Of a DNA stretch of 32,000 nt, positions 8,846-16,328 are shown in pieces. The DNA is from Ferroglobus placidus DSM 10642 (GTDB lineage Archaea > Halobacteriota > Archaeoglobi > Archaeoglobales > Archaeoglobaceae): assembly GCF_000025505.1 (NCBI RefSeq), contig NC_013849.1:2010001-2042000 (forward strand), given 5' to 3'. The translations under genes were made by a program, and so were the position numbers. Each line of letters begins with the position of its first letter. Within the stretch, counting starts at the first letter, position 1. Under the pieces are notes generated by a model, which saw only the letters and a program-made list of their open reading frames with translations, was not told the origin of the DNA and did no database searches.

Positions 8846-8873
8846 TATACATCCTGTAATTCAGGTGGAGGAA

Positions 8874-9065
8874 ATGAAAAAGGTATCCATCAGACTCACA
8901 GAAAAACAGTACGAGTTTCTTGAAAGTCTTGTTATAAGCGGAGAGTACGCCAACGTTAGCGAAGTGATCAGGGATGCTATCCGCTATTTTATGAAGGCTA
9001 AGATGAAGGAGATGTCCGAGTCTGAAAAGGTTGAGGAAATGAAGTGGAAGGGGGAAAATGTATGA
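8874..9065 (+). CDS. Ribbon-helix-helix (CopG-family) DNA-binding protein, translationally coupled to ftsZ
   Basis: The track ORF 8634..9065 is trimmed to ATG 8874, which is preceded by [48 protein letters not shown] has the RHH pattern (beta-strand, helix, helix). Its stop overlaps the ftsZ ATG (ATGA at 9062-9065). Confidence 0.7.
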   Translation: MKKVSIRLTEKQYEFLESLVISGEYANVSEVIRDAIRYFMKAKMKEMSESEKVEEMKWKGENV

Positions 9066-10204
9066 AATCGTTTGTTAGTAAAGCCCAGATGTTTTATGCA
9101 GAGGAGAAAGCGGAAAAAATAGATGTTAGGGAGTTCGGCACCCCGAACATCTTTGTTGTTGGTTGTGGAGGTAGTGGAAACAACACAGTAAACAGACTGA
9201 TGAACATAGGTATCGACGGGGTCGTGACAATTGCAATAAACACCGACAGGCAGCATTTGGAGATGATAAAAGCCCACAAGAAGGTTCTGATTGGAAGAAG
9301 CATAACCAGAGGACTTGGAGCTGGAGGATATCCGGAAGTGGGAAGAAAGGCAGCTGAAATGGCGAGGGGGACACTTGAAGAGCTTTTAAACGAGGCAGAT
9401 TTGGTTTTCATCTGCGCAGGACTCGGAGGAGGAACCGGAACTGGCTCCGCTCCAGTTGTTGCCGAAGTGGCTAAAAAGCAGGGAGCTATAGTAATTGGAA
9501 TGGTACAGATGCCGTTTAAAGTTGAGAGAGCGAGACTGAAAAAAGCCAAAGAAGGGTTGGAAGAGCTGAAGAAGCACTGCGACACGGTCGTCGTCCTCGA
9601 CAACAACAAACTTCTCGAGTACGTTCCGAACTTGCCGATAGAGCAGGCTTTCAGCGTTATGGATCAGATTGTTGCTGAGACGATTAGAGGAATCACAGAT
9701 ACAATTACTAAACCCTCTCTGATAAACATCGACTTCGCCGACGTTAGAGCGGTAATGGGGCAGGGAGGAATTGCTGCGATGCTTGTAGGTGAATCTAAAG
9801 CCCAGAACAAAGCTAAAGAAGTTGTTAGAGACTGTTTGCAACATCCTCTCCTCGAAATCGATTACAGAGGAGCGACAGGAGCTTTGATTCACATCTCGGG
9901 AGGAAACGATTTGACGATCAGAGAAGCTGAAGAGATCGTGAACAACCTAACCTTCGAGATTGCCGAGAACGCCAACGTAATATGGGGTGCGAGGATAACG
10001 AACGAGCTCGAGGGAATAGTCAGAGTGACTGCCATCATGACCGGAGTGAAGGCTAAGAAACTCTTCGAGGTTGAAGATGAATGCTACTACCAGCCAAGAG
10101 TTTCGCAAACCTCTGAAAGAAAATTCGAAGAAACATACTACTCAAAGCCGAAGAGCTATCCGGTAACTGCTGGAAGAAACTTCAACGGTATCGACGTTCT
10201 CTGA
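9062..10204 (+). CDS. ftsZ: Cell division GTPase FtsZ (sequence flavour suggests the FtsZ2-type paralogue)
   Basis: [28 protein letters not shown] and the tubulin signature [26 protein letters not shown] and [14 protein letters not shown] resemble archaeal FtsZ2 as I recall it. Start moved to ATG 9062 (the track start at 9044 is GTG). Confidence 0.95.
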   Translation: MKSFVSKAQMFYAEEKAEKIDVREFGTPNIFVVGCGGSGNNTVNRLMNIGIDGVVTIAINTDRQHLEMIKAHKKVLIGRSITRGLGAGGYPEVGRKAAEMARGTLEELLNEADLVFICAGLGGGTGTGSAPVVAEVAKKQGAIVIGMVQMPFKVERARLKKAKEGLEELKKHCDTVVVLDNNKLLEYVPNLPIEQAFSVMDQIVAETIRGITDTITKPSLINIDFADVRAVMGQGGIAAMLVGESKAQNKAKEVVRDCLQHPLLEIDYRGATGALIHISGGNDLTIREAEEIVNNLTFEIAENANVIWGARITNELEGIVRVTAIMTGVKAKKLFEVEDECYYQPRVSQTSERKFEETYYSKPKSYPVTAGRNFNGIDVL

Positions 10205-10231
10205 TTGCAACTTTCACACCTCTCATTTTTT

Positions 10232-10522
10232 ATGATCGTGGAGATTTCGGTAGTTCCTATAGGTGTTGGAGAGTCTCTGAGCAAGTACGTTGCAGAGGTT
10301 ATCAGGGTTTTAAGGGAGAAAAACATCAAGCACGAGCTTACGGCTATGGGAACGATATTAGAGTTGAGCAGTTTTTCGGAGCTTTGCGAAATTCTCGAAG
10401 AAATTAACAAAAGATTGTTCTCTCTCGGTTCGCCAAGAAATTATTTCGTTTTAAAAATAGACGTTAGAAAGAAGGGTGGAAAAATAGAAGACAAAGTTAG
10501 ATCTGTTTTGGAGAAAATTTAG
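10232..10522 (+). CDS. MTH1187/YkoF-family (DUF77) small thiamine-binding-type protein
   Basis: MIVEISVVPIGVGESLSKYVAEVIRVLREKNIKHELTAMGTILE... matches the family pattern (eisv.P.G...s.s.yva..i.vl...g.....t.mgT.iE). Start trimmed to ATG 10232 (the track start at 10205 is TTG). Confidence 0.75.
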   Translation: MIVEISVVPIGVGESLSKYVAEVIRVLREKNIKHELTAMGTILELSSFSELCEILEEINKRLFSLGSPRNYFVLKIDVRKKGGKIEDKVRSVLEKI

Positions 10523-10556
10523 TCGAGAAAATTTACGGCGAAAACTTTATAATCTG

Positions 10557-10574
10557 TTTTAGGTTCACCTAAAA
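10557..10574. promoter_or_regulatory. Perfect 8+2+8 palindrome TTTTAGGT-TC-ACCTAAAA between the TATA box and the feoB ATG; candidate metal-repressor operator
   Basis: Read directly. A TATA-like TTTATAAT lies at 10546-10553, the palindrome at 10557-10574 and the feoB ATG at 10577. The half sites TTAGGT/ACCTAA equal the outer hexamers of bacterial DtxR/IdeR iron boxes, but with a 2-bp rather than 7-bp spacer. A DtxR-family gene follows feoB. Confidence 0.5.
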
Positions 10575-10576
10575 AT

Positions 10577-12454
10577 ATGCATTGTCACACTCCTCGCGAA
10601 ATAGCTGACGCTGACGTGCTCCTCGTAGGAAACCCGAATGTCGGCAAGAGCGTGATTTTTTACGAATTAACCGGGAAGTACGCTACAGTTTCTAATTATC
10701 CCGGCACGACCGTTGACGTAGAAGTTGGGAAGATAAGGGATTTAAATTTGAAAGTCGTCGACACCCCGGGAATGTACTCTTTTTTCTCCATAACTGAAGA
10801 AGAGGTCGTTGCGAAAAGAATGATTTTGGAGAGCAAAGCGAATTTGATAGTCAATGTTGTTGATGCAAAAAACTTGGAAAGAAGTTTGCCTCTAACTTTA
10901 ATGCTCATAGAAAGTTGTAAAAACGTTATTCTCGTTTTAAACGCGATGGACGAAGCGGAAAGGCTGGGATTAAAGATAGACGTAAAAGAGCTCGAAAAAA
11001 GACTGGGAATTCCGGTAGTTCCGACGGTAGCTATTAAAAGAAAGGGGCTCGACAAGTTAAAGGAAAAAATAGAGGAGCTAAGCAAAATCGAGCAGAAAAA
11101 GAGAATTTTCAAACTCGGCGATCAGCTTGAGGAAAAAATAAAAGAGATCGAAAGCAAAATAAGTGGGGAGTATCCGGTGTCAAAAAGATTTCTTGCGATT
11201 CTCCTTCTTTCGGGAGACAAAGTAGCTGAAGAGCTAACGGGAGTAAGGGGGGAGAATTTCTCTTACAAAATAGCGATGGAGTATAAGAGAATTGCCGACG
11301 AAATTCTCGACGGAATTGTCAAAATTGAAGAGACGAAAAGGATAAAGCTGGACGAGTTAACTCTGAACCCGATCCTCGCAATTCCACTAACAATCTTTTT
11401 CCTTTACATCCTTTACCTCTTCGCAGGAGTGATTGGAGCGCAGATTCTTGTTGATGCAATAGAAGGCTACTTCGAAGAGAACGTAAACCCTGCTTTTAAT
11501 TCCTTCCTCGAATCCCACGTAGAAAATTACTGGATTAGAGAGCTGTTCGGTGGTGAATACGGAATCGTGACTCTCGGAATAAGGTATGCGATTGCGATAG
11601 TTTTTCCGGTCGTTACGATGTTCTTCGTAGCTTTCTCACTCCTCGAAGATTCTGGATTTTTGCCGAGGATAGCATACACTCTCGACGTTCTATTCAAAAA
11701 GATAGGGTTGAGCGGTAGAGCCGTAATTCCCCTCATGCTCGGCTTCGGTTGCGGGACGATGGCGACGATAGTAACGAGAGTTTTAGAGAGTAAGAAAGAA
11801 AGAATGATAGCTACATTGCTTTTAGCTGTCACGATTCCCTGCTCAGCCCAGTTTGGAGTAATTCTGGCTATCGCTCCGAGTTTCTTCGGATTGCTGATAT
11901 GGGCTGCTACAGTCTTTTCCGTGTTTATCGCGGTTGGTTTCGCATCCAAAAGCTTCTTCAAAAGCTCTCCGAGCTTTTTCATGGAAATACCGCCACTCAG
12001 AATTCCTTCACTTCAGAACGTGATTATGAAAACTCTAACGAGGCTTAGGTGGTACTTCTTCGAAGTTTTGCCGATTTTTGTTGCCATAAGCGTCGTAATA
12101 TGGGTTGGAAGGATAACGGGAATTTTCGACGTCGTCTTATCTCTCTTAGCTCATCCCACTTCGCTGATGGGGCTTCCAAAGGAGGCTTCAAAGGTTTTCC
12201 TCTACGGGTTTTTCAGGAGGGACTATGGGGCTGCCGGACTCTACGATTTGGTCGATAACGGAGTAATTTCCTTCAGACAGACGATAGTGGCGATGGTTTC
12301 TCTAACTCTCTTCGTTCCTTGCATAGCTCTGTTTTCCGTAATGATGAAGGAGAGAGGGATTAAGTTTGCTCTTTCGGTTTTTCTCGTAGCAATGACGATA
12401 GCTTTTTCCGTCGGAATGTTGCTGAATTTATTGCTCCAAGAGGTGGGAATTTGA
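10577..12454 (+). CDS. feoB: Ferrous iron transporter FeoB
   Basis: 625 aa. The N-terminal G-domain has LVGNPNVGKSVIF and DTPG, followed by a polytopic membrane domain. Confidence 0.95.
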   Translation: MHCHTPREIADADVLLVGNPNVGKSVIFYELTGKYATVSNYPGTTVDVEVGKIRDLNLKVVDTPGMYSFFSITEEEVVAKRMILESKANLIVNVVDAKNLERSLPLTLMLIESCKNVILVLNAMDEAERLGLKIDVKELEKRLGIPVVPTVAIKRKGLDKLKEKIEELSKIEQKKRIFKLGDQLEEKIKEIESKISGEYPVSKRFLAILLLSGDKVAEELTGVRGENFSYKIAMEYKRIADEILDGIVKIEETKRIKLDELTLNPILAIPLTIFFLYILYLFAGVIGAQILVDAIEGYFEENVNPAFNSFLESHVENYWIRELFGGEYGIVTLGIRYAIAIVFPVVTMFFVAFSLLEDSGFLPRIAYTLDVLFKKIGLSGRAVIPLMLGFGCGTMATIVTRVLESKKERMIATLLLAVTIPCSAQFGVILAIAPSFFGLLIWAATVFSVFIAVGFASKSFFKSSPSFFMEIPPLRIPSLQNVIMKTLTRLRWYFFEVLPIFVAISVVIWVGRITGIFDVVLSLLAHPTSLMGLPKEASKVFLYGFFRRDYGAAGLYDLVDNGVISFRQTIVAMVSLTLFVPCIALFSVMMKERGIKFALSVFLVAMTIAFSVGMLLNLLLQEVGI

Positions 12455-13077
12455 GGGAATCAATAGAAAACGCCTTGAGATTCCTCTGGCAGAGGAAGTT
12501 TGAAAACAGAGACGTTAAAATAAGCGAGAAAGATCTCGAAGAGCTCGAAAGAGAGGGGTTTATCAGGAAAAAGAACGGAGATTACGAGTTCACAGCGGAA
12601 GGTTTAGAGATTGCGAGAAAGCTCATAAGACTTCACAGGTTGGCGGAGAGACTTCTCCACGACTTTTTCGAAACTTCGGAAGTGGAAGCTGAAAGATCCG
12701 CATGCAAGTTCGAGCACATAATAAGCGATGAAGTGGAGGAAGCTATTTGCACTTTGCTGGGACATCCTTCAAGATGCCCCCACGGAAATCTCATTCCAGA
12801 AGGGAAGTGCTGCAGAGTTAAGGAGGAAGAGGTGAAAAGAATAGTTTACAAGCTATCCGAGCTAAAGCCGGGGGACGAAGGAGTAATAAAGTATCTGGCT
12901 GGGGATGAAGACGTGATGAGGAAAGCGATTGCCCTCGGAATTTTGCCGGGGAAAAAGGTTAAAGTGATCAGAACTTTTCCTGCGATAGTCATCAAACTCG
13001 GAAACAGCAATATAGCTTTAGACGAGAACATCGCTTCTCAAATTTACCTGATAAAGAGTGGAAATGCCGAAAGGTAG
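12451..13077 (+). CDS. DtxR/MntR-family metal-dependent transcriptional regulator with a C-terminal FeoA/SH3-like domain
   Basis: ...LIRLHRLAERLLHDFF...KFEHIISDEVEEAICTLLGHPSRCPHGNLIP is the DtxR dimerisation and metal-site region. The C-terminal LSELKPGDEGVIKYL...LGILPGKKVKVI is a FeoA-type SH3 domain. The TTG start overlaps the feoB stop. Confidence 0.85.
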   Translation: MRESIENALRFLWQRKFENRDVKISEKDLEELEREGFIRKKNGDYEFTAEGLEIARKLIRLHRLAERLLHDFFETSEVEAERSACKFEHIISDEVEEAICTLLGHPSRCPHGNLIPEGKCCRVKEEEVKRIVYKLSELKPGDEGVIKYLAGDEDVMRKAIALGILPGKKVKVIRTFPAIVIKLGNSNIALDENIASQIYLIKSGNAER

Positions 13078-13222
13078 GTTGTTGGACTCGATTTGACGAT
13101 TATGCCGCAGGATGAAGCTAAAGAAGTGGTTGAAGAGTGGCTTGAACCAAACTTTTGAATTTTACTTCCAGAGTACAGCCAAATCTTAAATACGATCGAA
13201 TCTCAATTATTTGCGAGGGATC

Positions 13223-14236
13223 ATGGTTTCAGAAAAGATGACTGTTCAGAAAAGCTTAAAGATGTTTAGTGTTGATGCTGAAGAAGAAATGCCACGAGTA
13301 GTTGTAGCGGAAGTTCCTAATCTCAAGGGAGAAATGGAAAGGAGAGTGATTAAAGTCGGAGACGGTTCGATTATCAAGCTTTTTGATCGAACTCCTATTC
13401 CGAAAAAAGATACAGATGTCGTATGTCCACACTTTTTGGAATTAAAGTGGGCAAACGGTTGCCCATTTAACTGCGCTTGGTGTTATCTTCAGGGAACTTT
13501 TAGGTTTCTCGATAGAGGAAAAAAGCCATTCATCAAGGACTGGAAGAAAATCGAGTTGCATCTTTGGGCTCTCTTTCAGCATAATTCAAGGAGGGAATTA
13601 CTCAATGCTGGCGAACTTTCGGACTCTCTTATAGGAGAACATGAGAGACCACCAGCTTCTGTAAGACTCGCCAAGATGTTTCAAGAGCAAGATAATTACG
13701 AGCTCTTACTTGTTACCAAATCGAACAGAATAGATAACCTGCTCAGGATTGAGCCCGAAAATGTCATCGTAAGTTTTAGTATTAATGCTTTTCCTGTTGC
13801 AAAACGGTGGGAAAAGGGTGCACCTCACCCGTTAAAGAGAATTGAAGCTGCTCGTAAGCTTTACGACCATGGTTATAAGGTCAGAGTGAGAATTGACCCT
13901 ATGGTTCCAATAACAGGCTGGAAGTCATACTACAGGGAGCTTGTGGAGGAGATTATCAAGAGATTCGAGCCCGAGAGATTTACGCTTGGTACACTAAGAG
14001 GTCTCAGCACAACAATAAGGTGTGCAAAGGACACAAGCTGGGTCAAGTACCTCGACGAGTCAAGCAATTGGGGTCTTAAGCCGAGATTTAATGTGAGACT
14101 GACGATGTACAGGTTTATCATAGATCTGCTGGAAGAGTATGGTTTCATTAACTATGGACTATGCAAAGAGACGGTTGGAATGTGGAAAGCTTTGGAGATG
14201 GATTATAGGGAAATTAAGTGTAACTGCTTGCTTTAA
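13223..14236 (+). CDS. Radical-SAM protein of the spore-photoproduct-lyase-like (SPL / COG1533) type
   Basis: ...DVVCPHFLELKWANGCPFNCAWCYLQGTF... contains CxxxCxxC followed by YLQ, the context typical of SPL-family enzymes. The C-terminus is ...KCNCLL. Start trimmed to ATG 13223 (GAGG 5 nt upstream; the track start at 13211 is TTG). Confidence 0.75.
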   Translation: MVSEKMTVQKSLKMFSVDAEEEMPRVVVAEVPNLKGEMERRVIKVGDGSIIKLFDRTPIPKKDTDVVCPHFLELKWANGCPFNCAWCYLQGTFRFLDRGKKPFIKDWKKIELHLWALFQHNSRRELLNAGELSDSLIGEHERPPASVRLAKMFQEQDNYELLLVTKSNRIDNLLRIEPENVIVSFSINAFPVAKRWEKGAPHPLKRIEAARKLYDHGYKVRVRIDPMVPITGWKSYYRELVEEIIKRFEPERFTLGTLRGLSTTIRCAKDTSWVKYLDESSNWGLKPRFNVRLTMYRFIIDLLEEYGFINYGLCKETVGMWKALEMDYREIKCNCLL

Positions 14237-15264
14237 TCTTCAAGAAAGTCTGTTATCCTAACTGCATCCCCATAAAGTCTTTTTATTGCATGTTCCACTA
14301 TATCTCCAGAATATGATTCGATAACTCTCTTCAATCTTTCAATTGCTGCCTTCCAAGGAGGTTTCTCTTTTCGCGTTGCAAATATCAAATAATATTTAAA
14401 TTTAGCACCCCTTGATGTCCTGCCTTGTATCATTATGTCTTTTACATATTTTCTGTAGTTTTTTATCTTATTTATATAAAATTTTTTTACTTTACTTTCT
14501 TTATTAAGCTTAACCCAAACTTCTTCTGGCTCTCCAAAAAACTTTGAAAGTTCTTTTTTTGTGTTCTCAGACAAGCTCTCTACTCTACCAATTTCCTTTG
14601 CGATTAATGTAGCTTGTAAAGTTATGAAAAGATCCCCATATTGTATTTCTAACAACTTCTTAAGAGTTCTCCATTCTAATTGCCATTTGTATGGATCTAA
14701 AAACGCTAAATAGTTTTTATGACTAAGCTTATTAAGAAAGGCGACGATTTTGTCAATAGCGATATTAGCATCTTTTGGTAATACTTCATATTTTCCAGAA
14801 ATCCAAGAGAACTTCTTTTCGGGAAATAGCTTTCCCTGTTCATGTACTTCCACACTCTCAAGGAATTTTAGTCTTTCTTCTAAGGATTTTGCATATTCTC
14901 TGTTGTTATCCACGAAAAATAAATAATCGAATTGTCTTTTAGCTTTAGTTGCACAATCTATGGCTATTATGGGAGAACCAACAAGAGCGTATCTTCCAAC
15001 CTTGTTAATCCCACTTCCAGAAAAAAGATCGATATAAACTAATGTTGTTGGCATACCTTTGTTTTCCAAGCTACTTTTAATTATATTTAGATAAGGTTGA
15101 ACAAAGTATGACAAAGCAACCAATTTCAAAGGTGTCCAACCCTTGAATTCATTAAATGAAGTGCCTACATTACTTAACTTATTTAGAAGATTAGGGTAAG
15201 ATTTCAAAAGTAAAATTTCTAATCTTCTGTCCAAATATTCAATATCGGGATTGTAATTTGCCAT
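14233..15264 (-). CDS. TcmP-like protein (three-Cys-motif partner protein family; degenerate SAM-methyltransferase fold)
   Basis: 343 aa. ...FKGWTPLKLVALSYFVQPYLNIIK...LVYIDLFSGSGINKVGRYALVGSPIIAI...LFFVDNN...FLDPYKWQLEWRTL... matches the TcmP pattern I remember (W/T-x-x-K...Y...YiDlFaGpG...GSP..A...DPfg). FxGxG is MTase motif I-like and DPY is motif IV-like. A strong GGAGGGG SD lies upstream, and the gene is very AT-rich. Confidence 0.6.
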   Translation of the reverse strand: MANYNPDIEYLDRRLEILLLKSYPNLLNKLSNVGTSFNEFKGWTPLKLVALSYFVQPYLNIIKSSLENKGMPTTLVYIDLFSGSGINKVGRYALVGSPIIAIDCATKAKRQFDYLFFVDNNREYAKSLEERLKFLESVEVHEQGKLFPEKKFSWISGKYEVLPKDANIAIDKIVAFLNKLSHKNYLAFLDPYKWQLEWRTLKKLLEIQYGDLFITLQATLIAKEIGRVESLSENTKKELSKFFGEPEEVWVKLNKESKVKKFYINKIKNYRKYVKDIMIQGRTSRGAKFKYYLIFATRKEKPPWKAAIERLKRVIESYSGDIVEHAIKRLYGDAVRITDFLED

Positions 15265-15318
15265 TAGTTCCCCTCCAGATTTGTCGATTCTTAAGCTATC
15301 CTGCCTCCTATTGTAATT

Positions 15319-15540
15319 TTAATTTCTCATTCTCTTCAGCATCAATCCACCGATCGGCGCTGCAACTCCAGCTACAGGCTTTCCGGTTAGAGCGTTGATA
15401 GCTGTGATTTCTACTTCCTCTCCGACTACAACACTCGAAGGAGCTTCAATTTTCAAAACTCCAACGGCTGAAGTTGGTTGCAAGAGTGCAAGAACGGCAA
15501 GAAATATGACTGTTCCGAAAACTACGCGTTTTCGGAGCAT
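15319..15540 (-). CDS. Small secreted or anchored hypothetical protein (signal peptide plus short beta-rich segment plus basic tail); possibly a remnant
   Basis: MLRKRVVFGTVIFLAVLALLQPTSA-VG is a signal peptide. VVVGEEVEITAINALTGKPVAGV resembles the start of a carboxypeptidase-regulatory/PEGA-like domain. The protein ends ...APIGGLMLKRMRN, a hydrophobic stretch plus basic residues that loosely resembles a shortened archaeosortase-type tail. Whether it is coding is uncertain. Confidence 0.35.
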   Translation of the reverse strand: MLRKRVVFGTVIFLAVLALLQPTSAVGVLKIEAPSSVVVGEEVEITAINALTGKPVAGVAAPIGGLMLKRMRN

Positions 15541-15687
15541 GTTTAATTTATCGAAATCAGACTTACTTAAAAGTTACTGATTCATCACTTAGTGGTCTTT
15601 AGTAAATAAAATAAATAAACAAATCAGGATTATAACAAAATCTCACGGTGACTTCCGAGAGGGGTCTCATGCAATGGGAGGACGTCC

Positions 15688-16317
15688 ATGATCTACGTAT
15701 TTATCGATGAGAGCGGTGATCTGGGGTTTAAAGAGACTTCATCGAGATATTACGTTATTGCTAGCGTCGAGACGAAAGACGAGTCTAAAATAAGGGATGT
15801 ATTTAAAAAAATAAGAAAAAAGCTCGGCAAGAAGAAAAGAGACATCCCAGAGTTTAAATTTTCAAAAACAAACAGAAAAATCAAACTTTTGATATTGTCC
15901 AAATTATCAGAACTCGATTTGTCTTTTTCAGCCGTTGTTTTGAGAAAAGAGTCTGTATATCCACACCTTCGTAATAAACAGCAAATATTGCATAACTACA
16001 TAACTGGGTTCATCGTTGAGGTTCTCCCGCTTCATTGCAGATCTAAGATCCAAGTTGTTGTTGACAAGTTTCTGTCGAAAGAGAGCGATGTCGAGAATTT
16101 CAACAGATATCTCGAATATAAAATCGGAAAGGTTTGCAACAACCTTGGAATCATAGAGCCATCGATTACGATTTCCCACGAGTCGTCCCAGAGGCGACCA
16201 GGACTCCAAGCGGCAGATTTCGTCGCTGGCGCCATATTTAACAGATACGAGAGAAACGTAGACGATTACTATAATTTAATAAAACCCAAAATAAAAATCC
16301 TAAAAGAAAGGTTTTAG
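15688..16317 (+). CDS. DUF3800 domain protein
   Basis: 209 aa. The N-terminal MIYVFIDESGDLGF and the C-terminal ...GLQAADFVAGAIFNRY are the two conserved motifs of DUF3800 as I recall them. A GGGAGG SD lies 6 nt upstream. Confidence 0.75.
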   Translation: MIYVFIDESGDLGFKETSSRYYVIASVETKDESKIRDVFKKIRKKLGKKKRDIPEFKFSKTNRKIKLLILSKLSELDLSFSAVVLRKESVYPHLRNKQQILHNYITGFIVEVLPLHCRSKIQVVVDKFLSKESDVENFNRYLEYKIGKVCNNLGIIEPSITISHESSQRRPGLQAADFVAGAIFNRYERNVDDYYNLIKPKIKILKERF

Positions 16318-16328
16318 ATGTATTGAAC

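Noticed and set aside
8803-8846. Shared string order (GGCGGG[T]AAGG ... CCTAC ... CCTCC) between the ftsZ-operon leader and the minus strand of the 16329-16419 element; considered as two copies of one RNA family.
   Set aside because: The matches are short, GC-rich and interrupted by indels, and the predicted helices differ. A coincidence of this kind is plausible in 2 x 32 kb. An alignment or covariance-model test is needed before claiming homology.
8634-8873. N-terminal 80 codons of track ORF 8634..9065 (MHKTVTILSLSLLSF...).
   Set aside because: This region is AT-rich promoter-like sequence followed by a GC-rich hairpin. It overlaps the start of the divergent DUF1152-like gene, has no SD, and shows low-complexity translation. 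The recognisable RHH domain begins at the internal ATG 8874, which has a GGTGGAGG SD, so the ORF was trimmed.
9094-9892. Long minus-strand ORFs inside ftsZ (171, 82 and 168 aa).
   Set aside because: They are antisense to an unambiguous FtsZ gene. Their translations are low-complexity (S/P/A-rich mirror images of the Gly-rich tubulin motifs). These are typical shadow ORFs.
13102-13158. 18-codon ORF MPQDEAKEVVEEWLEPNF in the spacer left of the island.
   Set aside because: It is too short, has no SD and has no recognisable family. It may be a fragment of a disrupted gene, but that cannot be supported from the sequence alone.
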